From: Candidatus Latescibacterota bacterium
GTDB taxonomy: Bacteria; Latescibacterota; UBA2968; UBA8231
Direction of reading: 5' to 3'
Length of the DNA: 64,000 nt
NCBI GenBank assembly: GCA_965208105.1
Contig: OZ242318.1
Coordinates: 384,001 to 448,000 of the forward strand
The position numbers and the translations under genes are program-made. The notes beneath the pieces were generated by a model. It was not told the origin of the DNA and did no database searches. It saw nothing but the letters and a program-made list of their open reading frames with translations. Below are positions 9,143 to 18,603 of the stretch, piece after piece (position 1 is the stretch's first letter; every line of letters begins with the position of its first letter).

Positions 9143-11218
9143 ATGATGATTCACAAGCAGGAGTTGGAACTAGGAGGGCGTAGCCTCTCCATTGAGATGG
9201 GAAAGGTAGCAAAGCAGGCCAATGGTGCGGTCTGGGTTCAGTACGGGGAAACAGTAGTGCTGGTTACCGCTTGCAGGACGAATTTTCCAGAAGAACGAGG
9301 CTTTCTCCCCTTGATCGTCGACTACCGGGAGAAGGCGTACGCCGGGGGTCGCATTCCGGGCAATATCTTCAAGCGTGAGGCACGGCCCACAGAAAAAGAA
9401 ACATTGAGCGCCAGACTCACCGACCACCAGATCCGGCCGATGTTTCCCAAGGGTTTCCCCTATGAAATCCAGGTATACATAACCGTCCTCTCCGTTGACG
9501 GAGAAAACGATGCGGATGTGCTGGGAATGGTGGGGGCCTCTGCGTCGCTGTGCATTTCCGATATCCCGTTTGCCGGTCCCATGGGAGCAGTACGCGTCGG
9601 GAGGGTCGACGGAGAGATGGTCGTCAATCCGACCTATGAGCAGCTGAGCCGAAGCGATATCGACCTGATTGTCTCCGGCACTATGGATTCCATAGCCAGC
9701 GTCGAAGGAGGAGCCCACGAAATCTCGGAAGCCGACCTGCTGGAGGCCCTCAAGTTTGGACACCAGTTTATAAAGAGATTGGTCGTTTTCCAGAATGAAC
9801 TCGTGGAGGCGGCGGGGAAGGAAAAACTGAAACTGGAGCCGAAAGAGGTCGATCCACAATTGACCCAGGCAGTCGAGGAATTGGCATCGGCGCGGATCCA
9901 CGCAGCCAATCGCACGGCTGTCAAGGAAGAGCGGGGTGGATTGGTGGATGCCTTGAAAACCGAGGTGCAGGGAACCCTTTGCGAGCGGTTCCCCGAAATG
10001 GAAAAGGAAATTGATGATGTTTTGGAAAACCTCGTAAAGGTTGATATGCGTCGCATGATCCTGGCCGAGAAGCGGCGCATAGACGGCCGCAGCCTCGAGG
10101 AGGTGCGCCCCGTCACCTGCGAAAAGGGCATTTTAGTGCGGACTCATGGCTCCGCCCTTTTCACCCGTGGACAGACGCAGGCCCTGTGCGTGGCCACCCT
10201 GGGGACAAAGCCGGATGAGCGCATGGCTGATGACCTGCGGGGAAAAACCTTCAAACCCTACTTCTTAGACTATAACTTTCCACCATACAGCGTGGGCGAG
10301 GTCAAGTTCGAACGGGGCCCCGGACGCCGGGATTACGGACATGGGCACCTTGCCGAGCGCGCCCTTGAACCTGTCATTCCTTCAGTCGAAGCGTTTCCCT
10401 ATACGATCCGCCTGGTTTCGGATATAACCGAATCCAACAGTTCCAGCTCAATGGCCACGGTCTGTGGCTGTTCGCTGGCACTCATGGATGCTGGAATTCC
10501 GGTGCGGAAGCACGTAAGTGGGGCGGGGGTAGGATTGGTGATGGATGGAGAAGAGTGGGAACTGCTGACCGACATTCAGGGCGCCGAGGATTTCCTGGGC
10601 GACATGGATCTCAAGGTAGCCGGGACCGAGGACGGTATTACAGCTATTCAGATGGACATCAAGATCCAGGGCATCCGTTTCGACATCCTGGAGGATGCCC
10701 TGAGTCGCGCTCATGAGGGCCGCATGCATATTCTGGAGGAAATGAATGGGTGCATCACAAATCCCCGAGCCGAACTTTCTCCGCACGCTCCCCGCATTGA
10801 ATTCATGAAGATTGACCCGTCCAAAATTGGAGTGGTGATAGGGCCCGGAGGCAAAATGATTCGCGAGATCGAAACTACGGGCGCCAGTGTGAATGTGGAT
10901 GATGACGGCACAATCACCATCGCTTCAGTGGAGGCAGAACCTGCCCGGGTAGCGCGCCAGATGATTGAAGCCCTCACCTCGGACGCCGAGATTGGCAAGA
11001 TCTACAATGGCACCGTGCGCAGCATCAAGCCATTCGGGGCCTTTGTCGAGATATTGCCGGGAAAAGATGGGCTGCTCCATATATCCGAGCTGGCTCACCG
11101 CCGCGTCGGGCGCGTGGAAGATGTTGTAAAGGAAGGCCAGAATATCGAGGTCAAGGTCCTCGACATCGATACGGGTGGCAAGATTCGGCTCAGCCACAAG
11201 GCGTTACTCAAAAAGTAA
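9143..11218 (+). CDS. pnp: Polyribonucleotide nucleotidyltransferase (PNPase)
   Basis: Two RNase PH domains (RTHGSALFTRGQTQ, GDMDLKVAGT), KH domain (VIGPGGKMI) and S1 domain (GKDGLLHISEL). Confidence 0.97.
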   Translation: MMIHKQELELGGRSLSIEMGKVAKQANGAVWVQYGETVVLVTACRTNFPEERGFLPLIVDYREKAYAGGRIPGNIFKREARPTEKETLSARLTDHQIRPMFPKGFPYEIQVYITVLSVDGENDADVLGMVGASASLCISDIPFAGPMGAVRVGRVDGEMVVNPTYEQLSRSDIDLIVSGTMDSIASVEGGAHEISEADLLEALKFGHQFIKRLVVFQNELVEAAGKEKLKLEPKEVDPQLTQAVEELASARIHAANRTAVKEERGGLVDALKTEVQGTLCERFPEMEKEIDDVLENLVKVDMRRMILAEKRRIDGRSLEEVRPVTCEKGILVRTHGSALFTRGQTQALCVATLGTKPDERMADDLRGKTFKPYFLDYNFPPYSVGEVKFERGPGRRDYGHGHLAERALEPVIPSVEAFPYTIRLVSDITESNSSSSMATVCGCSLALMDAGIPVRKHVSGAGVGLVMDGEEWELLTDIQGAEDFLGDMDLKVAGTEDGITAIQMDIKIQGIRFDILEDALSRAHEGRMHILEEMNGCITNPRAELSPHAPRIEFMKIDPSKIGVVIGPGGKMIREIETTGASVNVDDDGTITIASVEAEPARVARQMIEALTSDAEIGKIYNGTVRSIKPFGAFVEILPGKDGLLHISELAHRRVGRVEDVVKEGQNIEVKVLDIDTGGKIRLSHKALLKK

Positions 11219-11327
11219 TCACATCAATCAGGGCGTCTGCGGTTATTTTATAGAAGGCTATCGGATGGTATTCGATAGTCTTTTGATTTTCAGAGGATAA
11301 TTTCTTCGGATAATTTGCCAGGGTATC

Positions 11328-12620
11328 ATGGAAGAGATCAGGATTGCCCAAATAGCTTCCTTTGAAGACCGGGAAGTCCACCTGAGTGGCTGGCTCTACA
11401 ACAAGCGTTCCAGCGGCAAGCTCCATTTCCTGCAACTGCGCGATGGCAGTGGCATCGTGCAGTGCGTGGTCTTCAAAGGCGATGTCTCTGAAGAGGTCTT
11501 TGAGCTCTGCTCGGAACTTTCCGATGAATCATCAATCAAGGTCAGGGGACGGGTGAGGAAGGACCCACGGGCGCCCATAGGGTTTGAACTCGGAGTGACA
11601 GGCCTGGAGTGCATCCATCTGGCCCGGCCATATCCCGTCACCCCCAAATCCCACGGTGTAGCCTTCTTGATGGACCACCGCCACCTGTGGCTGCGTTCGA
11701 GCCGGACTACGGCAATTTTAAGTGTGCGCAGCGAGGTGGTAAAGGCCTGCCGCGACTTTTTGGAGGAGCGTGATTTTATCCTGATCGACGCGCCCATCCT
11801 CACTCCGGCTGCCTGCGAGGGGACGACTACCCTTTTTGAGACTGATTACTTCGGCAACCCAGCTTATCTCACACAAAGTGGCCAGCTCTACATGGAAGCG
11901 GCGGCCATGGCCTTTGGGAAGGTGTATTGTTTCGGACCGACATTCCGCTCGGAGAAATCCAAGACTCGTCGGCACCTGAACGAGTTCTGGATGGTCGAGC
12001 CCGAGATGGCTTTCTGCGATTTGCAAGGAAGCATGAACCTTGCTGAAGATATGGTAACCTTCGTCGTTTCCAGAGTGTTGGAACGCAGAAGGAAAGAGCT
12101 TGATCTATTGGAAAGGGACGTCACCAGGCTGGAGAAAATCCAGAAACCATTTCCCCGCATATCCTATGGGGAAGCGGTCGATTTGTTACATGCCAAGGGC
12201 AGTGATATCCAGTGGGGAACAGATTTGGGCGGCGACGACGAGACCTTGATCTCCGATCAGTTTGAATCGCCTGTTTTGGTGCATCGCTATCCTCTCGAGA
12301 TCAAGGCCTTCTACATGAAGGCGGATCCCTCAGACGGAGGTCTGGCCTTGTGCATGGACATGCTGGCACCTGAAGGCTACGGGGAAATTATCGGCGGCGG
12401 ACAACGCGAAGACCAAATTGGTGCGTTGGAGCGAAGGATTGATGTGCATGGCCTTCCCAAAAAGTCCTTTGAGTGGTATTTGGATTTGAGGCGTTACGGA
12501 TCTGTCCCCCACGCTGGTTTCGGCATGGGCATCGAACGCGTAGTAGCGTGGATATGCGGGCTGCACCATGTGCGCGAGACCATACCATTTCCCCGGACTC
12601 TGCACCGTTTGTATCCATAG
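11328..12620 (+). CDS. asnS: Asparagine--tRNA ligase
   Basis: [57 protein letters not shown]. Confidence 0.95.
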   Translation: MEEIRIAQIASFEDREVHLSGWLYNKRSSGKLHFLQLRDGSGIVQCVVFKGDVSEEVFELCSELSDESSIKVRGRVRKDPRAPIGFELGVTGLECIHLARPYPVTPKSHGVAFLMDHRHLWLRSSRTTAILSVRSEVVKACRDFLEERDFILIDAPILTPAACEGTTTLFETDYFGNPAYLTQSGQLYMEAAAMAFGKVYCFGPTFRSEKSKTRRHLNEFWMVEPEMAFCDLQGSMNLAEDMVTFVVSRVLERRRKELDLLERDVTRLEKIQKPFPRISYGEAVDLLHAKGSDIQWGTDLGGDDETLISDQFESPVLVHRYPLEIKAFYMKADPSDGGLALCMDMLAPEGYGEIIGGGQREDQIGALERRIDVHGLPKKSFEWYLDLRRYGSVPHAGFGMGIERVVAWICGLHHVRETIPFPRTLHRLYP

Positions 12621-12649
12621 TCTGTACAAATAGGAATAGGACGAGTTCG

Positions 12650-15526
12650 ATGAGTGAAGGCTCTTACAATTTCCGTGAAATTGAGAAGCGATGGCGGAAC
12701 TACTGGCTGGAGGCCGGAACCTTCAAGACCTGCGGCCCCGGCGAGGAAGGATTCAACCCGGAGCAACCCAAATATTATATCCTGGATATGTTCCCCTACA
12801 CCAGTGGGTCGGGATTGCACATGGGCCACCCCAAAGGGTACATCGCCAGCGATATTTACTGTCGCTACAAGCGGATGTGCGGGTTTAACGTGTTGCATCC
12901 CATGGGGTTTGACAGCTTCGGCTTGCCGGCAGAGCAGTACGCCCGGGAGAATAACATTCATCCCTCGGTGGCTACCGAGCGCAACATCGAGACCATCCGC
13001 GGTCAGCTCCAGTTTCTGGGTATGGCCTACGACTGGAACCGGGAGATAGCCACCTCCAGGCGGAACTACTATTGCTGGACTCAGTGGATCTTTCACCAGA
13101 TCTTTTCTAGCTGGTTTGATGGGGACTGCAAGTGGAAGGACGCCAGCGGCCGGGAAAACAACGGTAAGGCAAGGCCCATCGCCGAGTTGATCGCGGCTTT
13201 TGCGACAGGGCAACGTGGCTTCAGCGAGGCTGACAAAAAAGTGCTGGGTGAAGACGCCAGAAATGGGTGGGAAGCCCTGGATGAAGGTCAGCAGGCTGCC
13301 GTGCTCAATAATTATCGCCTGGCCTATCAAAAGGAAGTGATGGTAAACTGGTGTCCCGCGCTGGGCACGGTTCTGGCCAACGAGGAGGTGACCAACGAGG
13401 GCAGGAGCGAGCGGGGGGATCATCCCGTCTACAGGAGGCCCTTGAGGCAGTGGATGATGAGGATTACGGACTACGCCGACCGCCTGCTGGAGGATCTGGA
13501 TGCACCCGCGTTGCCGGATGGCGGGAGAACCTTCAGGCTGGAGTGGCCCGAATCCATAAAACTCATGCAACGCAACTGGATCGGCCGCAGTGCGGGTACC
13601 GAGGTTTTGTTCGATGTCCTCGGGCCGGGCGGCCAGGAAGTGGCGGATGAGTTGAATGTATTCACCACCCGCCCGGATACCCTGTTCGGAGTCACCTTCA
13701 TGGTGGTTGCTCCACAGCATCCACTCGTCGTCCAGGGCAGCGGCCATTACCTGGTGCCGGGGGAATGGCCTGGGGACATTGACCCGCGATGGAAGGGGGC
13801 GGGTCCGGGCCAGGAAATCCGGCAGGCTGTGGCCGCCTACATTGAAGAAGGCAATATTGCCACGCAGCGGGAAAGCCAGGAAAAGACGGGAATCTTTTCA
13901 GGAATAATGGCGCGCAATCCCGTGAATGGCCGGATTATCCCGATCTTCGTGGGGGATTATGTCAGCATGGAATATGGCTCTGGTGCGATCATGGCCGTGC
14001 CGGCGCACGACGAGCGCGACTTCGAGTTTGCCTGCAAGTACGGCCTGGAGATCGTTCGCGTGGTAGAAGGGCCTGACGGCATCGATGATGAATGTTATGC
14101 CGGAGATGGGATATCGATTAATTCCCCTGCAGCAGGGAAGGGCAACTTTGCAATCAACAGCCTTACGACTCCTGAAGCTAAAGCCAAAATCGCTGCAGAC
14201 CTGGAGCGTGTGGGCAGGGGAAAGAGGGCGGTCAATTACAAGCTGAGGGACTGGATTTTTTCGCGGCAGTGGTACTGGGGAGAGCCCTTTCCCGTGGCGG
14301 AACGGCCCGAGGGATTTTCCGTTGCCACGGATATGCCCGTTTACCTGCCCGAGATGGAGGATTTTCAACCACACACCTCGGAAGATCCCAACCGCCCGGT
14401 GACGCCGCCGCTGAGCCGGGCAGGGGACGATTGGAGGAAGGTTTTGGTGCAGGGGGTGGAGTGCCGGCGTGAAATCAACGTCATGCCTCAATGGGCGGGG
14501 TCGTGCTGGTACTACTTGCGCTTTATTGATCCTTCAAACGACCAGGTGTTTTGCCAGGAAAGCAAGGAGAAGTACTTCATGCCGGTGGACCTCTACATCG
14601 GCGGCGCTGAACACGCGGTCCTGCATTTGCTCTACTCCCGCTTCTGGCACAAGGTCCTCTTCGATCTTGGACACGTTTCCTCAGCCGAACCATTCAAAAA
14701 GCTGTTCAACCAGGGGATGATTACCGCAGATGCCTTTGCCGATGAGCGCGGAGTCTACGTTGACATACGCGAGGTGGAGTTCCGCGAGGGCGAACCCTTC
14801 AACGCGAGGACCGGTGAAAAGCTGCAGCGCTTGGCCGGAAAGATGGGAAAGCGCTACAAGAACGGGCTGCCCCCGGAGGAGGTGGGGTATGAGTTCGGGG
14901 TGGATACCTTTCGGCTGTACGAGATGTACATGGGGCCTCTGGAGGCCAGCGCGCCGTGGAGCATGGAAGGAATCCGCGGAATGCAGCGGTTCCTGCAGCG
15001 GGTATGGCGCAATTTCGTCGACCAGGGAAGAAATGCAAAGAGGGGAGGCCAGCTGACCCCGGAGCTTGAAAAGATCTTACATAGAACAATTAAGAAAGTT
15101 TCAGAACATATTGCTGGACTGAGGCTTAACACATCGATATCCACCCTGATCGAATTCAATAACAAGTTGGTGCAACTAAGGTCTCTGCCCCCTGAGGTGA
15201 CGCGAAATTTTCTTCTGTTGCTGGCGCCGTTTGCCCCGCACATCGCTGAAGAGATTTGGGAAATCTGGGGATTTGGCAGAGGAGATATATCCAGCGCAAG
15301 GTGGCCGGAGGCCGATGACGAATTGACCAGGGAGGAAACGGTAACCTTGCCCATTCAGATCAACGGCAAGGTGAGAGGCAGTGTGGATGTCGCGGTCGAT
15401 ATTGAGGAAGATGATTTGCGCCGGATAGTGCTGGGGATGGAGAACATCAAGCGCCACGTTGCCGATGAGGCGAGTGTAAAGCGCTTCATTGTCGTGCCCG
15501 GGCGCATCGTGAATATCGTAGTTTGA
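12650..15526 (+). CDS. leuS: Leucine--tRNA ligase
   Basis: ATG at 12650 (MSEGSYNF); DMFPYTSGSGLHMGH (HIGH), FTTRPDT editing domain, KMGKR (KMSKS variant), QINGKVR. Confidence 0.97.
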   Translation: MSEGSYNFREIEKRWRNYWLEAGTFKTCGPGEEGFNPEQPKYYILDMFPYTSGSGLHMGHPKGYIASDIYCRYKRMCGFNVLHPMGFDSFGLPAEQYARENNIHPSVATERNIETIRGQLQFLGMAYDWNREIATSRRNYYCWTQWIFHQIFSSWFDGDCKWKDASGRENNGKARPIAELIAAFATGQRGFSEADKKVLGEDARNGWEALDEGQQAAVLNNYRLAYQKEVMVNWCPALGTVLANEEVTNEGRSERGDHPVYRRPLRQWMMRITDYADRLLEDLDAPALPDGGRTFRLEWPESIKLMQRNWIGRSAGTEVLFDVLGPGGQEVADELNVFTTRPDTLFGVTFMVVAPQHPLVVQGSGHYLVPGEWPGDIDPRWKGAGPGQEIRQAVAAYIEEGNIATQRESQEKTGIFSGIMARNPVNGRIIPIFVGDYVSMEYGSGAIMAVPAHDERDFEFACKYGLEIVRVVEGPDGIDDECYAGDGISINSPAAGKGNFAINSLTTPEAKAKIAADLERVGRGKRAVNYKLRDWIFSRQWYWGEPFPVAERPEGFSVATDMPVYLPEMEDFQPHTSEDPNRPVTPPLSRAGDDWRKVLVQGVECRREINVMPQWAGSCWYYLRFIDPSNDQVFCQESKEKYFMPVDLYIGGAEHAVLHLLYSRFWHKVLFDLGHVSSAEPFKKLFNQGMITADAFADERGVYVDIREVEFREGEPFNARTGEKLQRLAGKMGKRYKNGLPPEEVGYEFGVDTFRLYEMYMGPLEASAPWSMEGIRGMQRFLQRVWRNFVDQGRNAKRGGQLTPELEKILHRTIKKVSEHIAGLRLNTSISTLIEFNNKLVQLRSLPPEVTRNFLLLLAPFAPHIAEEIWEIWGFGRGDISSARWPEADDELTREETVTLPIQINGKVRGSVDVAVDIEEDDLRRIVLGMENIKRHVADEASVKRFIVVPGRIVNIVV

Positions 15527-15548
15527 GTTCAGAGCATGAGCTGCATAA

Positions 15549-15576
15549 TTGCCCCATAAGATAAATTATGTAAATA
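15549..15576 (+). other. dif-like Xer recombination site 1
   Basis: TTGCCCCATAA-GATAAA-TTATGTAAATA has 11-6-11 geometry; arms resemble E. coli dif (GGTGCGCATAA / TTATGTTAAAT) and the B. subtilis dif right arm (TTATGTAAACT). Confidence 0.7.
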
Positions 15577-15594
15577 TTCGGGCTTGCTCCCGTT

Positions 15595-16539
15595 TCAAGA
15601 CATCCGAATATAATCCGATGCGTTGTTCACCAGATTCTCGCGGTTCTCATAATATCGCATGGTGGTCTTCAAATCTTTGTGGCGAAGATGCGCCTGTACT
15701 TGCTGTGGCTTGGCGCCGCCCTCAATTGCCAGTGTGCAACAGGTATGGCGAAACATATGCGCGGTGATCTGGTGGGGAATCCCCGCCGTTTTCGCCCGCT
15801 TTTTGACAATTAAATTAATCGACTGATCGGTCAGTGGTTTGCCGTGAGACAGGTTGGGGGACAGACTGATAAATACCTTGCCATTCGCATCGTAGCCCTT
15901 TCTTTCCAAAATCTCCCTGTAATTGTTCAAGTAGTGGGCCACAACCGGTTGAAGTTTAATGACCTGGGGAACTCCGGCCTTTGTCGCGGGCAGGGTGAGA
16001 ATGTAAAATGCACCTTCCTGGCTGATATCGCCCCAGGACATTTGGGCGGCCTCTGAACGACGCAGTCCTCCATAGGTAAGCAAAAAAACTATGGCCGCGT
16101 CCCTGGCCCGGGCCAATTCGTTTTTATCTTTTTCGATGCTTTGGAGGATCTCCTGCAACACCTTCGTAGAAATAGCCTTGTTGCTGAGAGTGCCTTCGAT
16201 CCGATAGCCGCGGACCAAAGCAGAGTCGGCCGGATTGTTTTCGATGAAGCCAGCAGCAACCAACATCTTGAAAAAGCTTTTTAAGCTGGCGAGTTTGCGA
16301 TTGATGGTACTGCGCTTGAGGCCACTGGCGGCCAGGCCGTTGCGGAAGGAGATGACCTCAGCGAAGGTGACTGCGCGGACCGTTTCTATTGAAACGGCGT
16401 TTGTGCCGAAAAACTGGCAAAGGTCCGCGTGATAAGCCCGCTTGGTTCGCTCAGAGAGCTGGCCGGCGATGAATTGCGCCAGAGGGTCGTCTGGATTGAC
16501 CGGGTGGTTTTGGCGAACTGCCGTAAGGTTGGCTTCCAT
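15595..16539 (-). CDS. Tyrosine recombinase (Xer/integrase family)
   Basis: N-terminal core-binding domain (SERTKRAY...STINRKLASLKSFF); catalytic residues in GLRRSE, TKAG, HMFRH, HKD..TTMRY. Confidence 0.92.
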   Translation of the reverse strand: MEANLTAVRQNHPVNPDDPLAQFIAGQLSERTKRAYHADLCQFFGTNAVSIETVRAVTFAEVISFRNGLAASGLKRSTINRKLASLKSFFKMLVAAGFIENNPADSALVRGYRIEGTLSNKAISTKVLQEILQSIEKDKNELARARDAAIVFLLTYGGLRRSEAAQMSWGDISQEGAFYILTLPATKAGVPQVIKLQPVVAHYLNNYREILERKGYDANGKVFISLSPNLSHGKPLTDQSINLIVKKRAKTAGIPHQITAHMFRHTCCTLAIEGGAKPQQVQAHLRHKDLKTTMRYYENRENLVNNASDYIRMS

Positions 16540-16718
16540 GGCCTGAAATTCGGATGGGAAACTCCGGGTGTGATATTTCCAAATATAAAGGCAGGAGGCA
16601 AAGTTGTCATTAAAAACAGGAGTGGTCCCGAGTGGACCATGGATTCAGCCGGTAATTATCTAGAACAGGCATTATCAGTAGTTTGATTTTGCAGTGGCAG
16701 CCGGGGGAAATCAGCATT

Positions 16719-16746
16719 TGTTTACATAGTTTTTATTATGCGATCA
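16719..16746 (-). other. dif-like Xer recombination site 2, inverted relative to site 1
   Basis: The minus strand reads TGATCGCATAA-TAAAAA-CTATGTAAACA, an 11-6-11 site with XerC-like and XerD-like arms. Confidence 0.7.
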
Positions 16747-16761
16747 AGTGCCGGGTCCCGC

Positions 16762-18573
16762 TCATGATCTGCCAAACATCCGATCCAACCTTTTTATTGG
16801 CACCTTCAGCATTATCGGCCTGCCATGGGGACACACAAAGGGTTCGCGGGCATTCAGAAGTTGGTGAATAATATTCTGCATCTCGTTTTCCGTGAGCTTT
16901 TGGCCGGCGCGGATGGAGGTGTGGCAGGCATAAGAGGCAGCCACTGCTTCCTGCAAGCTGTCCCTCTCTTCTTTTTCTTCCAGAAGTTCGTTGACGATTT
17001 TGTGGAAGATGTCTCCTTCTCCCCAGTCGGTCAAATTGCTTGGAATTGCATCGACAATTACTGTCCCGGGCCCAAAATCGCGGATCCCGAATCCCAATCT
17101 TTCAAATAACTCCCGCGCCTCCCGAATAACCTCCATTTCCAGGGCATTTGCATTGACTGTCAGAGGAAAGAGAAGTTGTTGGGAGGCAACCCCTTCCTCG
17201 GCAAAACACCGAAGAGCTTCCTCGTAGCGAATTCTCTCATGGGCTACGTGCTGGTCAATTATGACAACCCCATCCTCGATGGGTGAAAAAATATACTTTC
17301 TATGCAACTGCCAAAGCGCCGGAGCCGATTCGAGTTTTTTCAGGGAATTTAGATTGCTTTGCCCCTCCCGGCTGGTCCTTTCCAATCCCTCCGCCCCAAA
17401 ATCCGAAGGCTCCCGAAGAGATGGGGAGATCCGGTCAAGATGAGGCCGATCTTCTTTCGGATAATCAACTTCCAGGGTGTGAGCACCCTTCTCCTCTCCT
17501 GGAGGAAAGCTCATTCCCGGAGACTCCCCGATGGTGACGGGTTGATCCTCGGGCTCGTGTTGACGGTAAGACTGAAAACCGGTTTCAGGTCCATGTAGAG
17601 AACGCCGCACAGTCTCTTCTATGGCCTTGCTTACCCTTCTTTCATCGGCAAAGCGAACTTCCCTCTTTGTCGGATGTACGTTCACGTCGATCTTCCGCGG
17701 GTCCAGTTCGATCCATATTACGAAGGAAGGATGGCGGTCCCTGGGCAGCAATCCTCCATAACCTCGATAGACGGCCTGGCTGAGGGGACGGGAAGTTATC
17801 GGCCGTCCCCGCACGACCAGGAACTGCTTCGCCTTCGAACCTGTGCAAGCCGCCGGTAGGGAAAGAAATGCCTCGACGCCGATTCCATCATCATCTCCCC
17901 GGGCATGAAGCAGGGATTCGGCCGTGGGGCCCAATATTTCCTCCGCTCTCCCCTTTTGGCCGTTTGAAGCCGATAAATCGAGGATTTGCCGCTCTTCGTG
18001 TACCAGCCTGAATCCTGTCCGGGGATACGCTACAGCCAACCGCACCACAGCCTGGGTTATGTGGCGAGTTTCCGTTTCTATCCGCCGCAGGAATTTTCTC
18101 CGCGCCGGTGTGTTGAAGAAGATATTGCGCACCGACACAGTGGTACCTCGAGCCCGGCCGATTGAAACAGGGTCCCTGCGAATCCCTCCCTCGACAGCGA
18201 GGCGGGTGCCTTCCAGGGCTCCGGCTGCCCGTGTTTCGATGGTCATGCGGGAAATTGCGCCAATGCTGGCCAATGCCTCCCCTCTGAAACCCAGGGTGGC
18301 GATGGCGAACAGGTCAGAAGGAGAGGACAATTTGCTGGTGGAGTGGCGCTCAATGCATATTTCGAGGTCTTCCGGGGACATTCCCACCCCATCGTCCACA
18401 ATAGTTATGGACTGCCTGCCGCCTGCGACTACCTCGATGTGAACATGCCTGGCTTGTGCGTCGATGGCGTTCTCTACCAATTCCTTGACCACCGAAGCAG
18501 GCCTGTCGATTACTTCGCCCGCGGAGATTTTTTGAATCAAGTTTTCCGATAGTTTGTGAATTTTCACGGACAT
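16762..18573 (-). CDS. mutL: DNA mismatch repair endonuclease MutL
   Basis: ISAGEVIDRPASVVKELVENAIDA, GFRGEAL, DVNVHPTKREV, DQHVAHERIRYE, CPHGRP; alternative GTG start at 18588. Confidence 0.97.
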   Translation of the reverse strand: MSVKIHKLSENLIQKISAGEVIDRPASVVKELVENAIDAQARHVHIEVVAGGRQSITIVDDGVGMSPEDLEICIERHSTSKLSSPSDLFAIATLGFRGEALASIGAISRMTIETRAAGALEGTRLAVEGGIRRDPVSIGRARGTTVSVRNIFFNTPARRKFLRRIETETRHITQAVVRLAVAYPRTGFRLVHEERQILDLSASNGQKGRAEEILGPTAESLLHARGDDDGIGVEAFLSLPAACTGSKAKQFLVVRGRPITSRPLSQAVYRGYGGLLPRDRHPSFVIWIELDPRKIDVNVHPTKREVRFADERRVSKAIEETVRRSLHGPETGFQSYRQHEPEDQPVTIGESPGMSFPPGEEKGAHTLEVDYPKEDRPHLDRISPSLREPSDFGAEGLERTSREGQSNLNSLKKLESAPALWQLHRKYIFSPIEDGVVIIDQHVAHERIRYEEALRCFAEEGVASQQLLFPLTVNANALEMEVIREARELFERLGFGIRDFGPGTVIVDAIPSNLTDWGEGDIFHKIVNELLEEKEERDSLQEAVAASYACHTSIRAGQKLTENEMQNIIHQLLNAREPFVCPHGRPIMLKVPIKRLDRMFGRS

Positions 18574-18603
18574 TCGGCGAGACTCCACCTTAAAACGGGT
18601 GGT

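Noticed and set aside
12473-12649. 59-aa N-terminal extension of LeuRS in the ORF track
   Set aside because: It overlaps asnS; the ATG at 12650 has an upstream AGGA and gives a normal LeuRS N-terminus.
14840-14863. LeuRS KMGKRYKN in place of KMSKS
   Set aside because: KMGK variants are known in LeuRS subfamilies and both lysines are retained.
15595-16539. Recombinase as a prophage or genomic-island integrase
   Set aside because: There is no adjacent tRNA, no cargo or phage genes and no direct att repeats; both neighbours are core genes.
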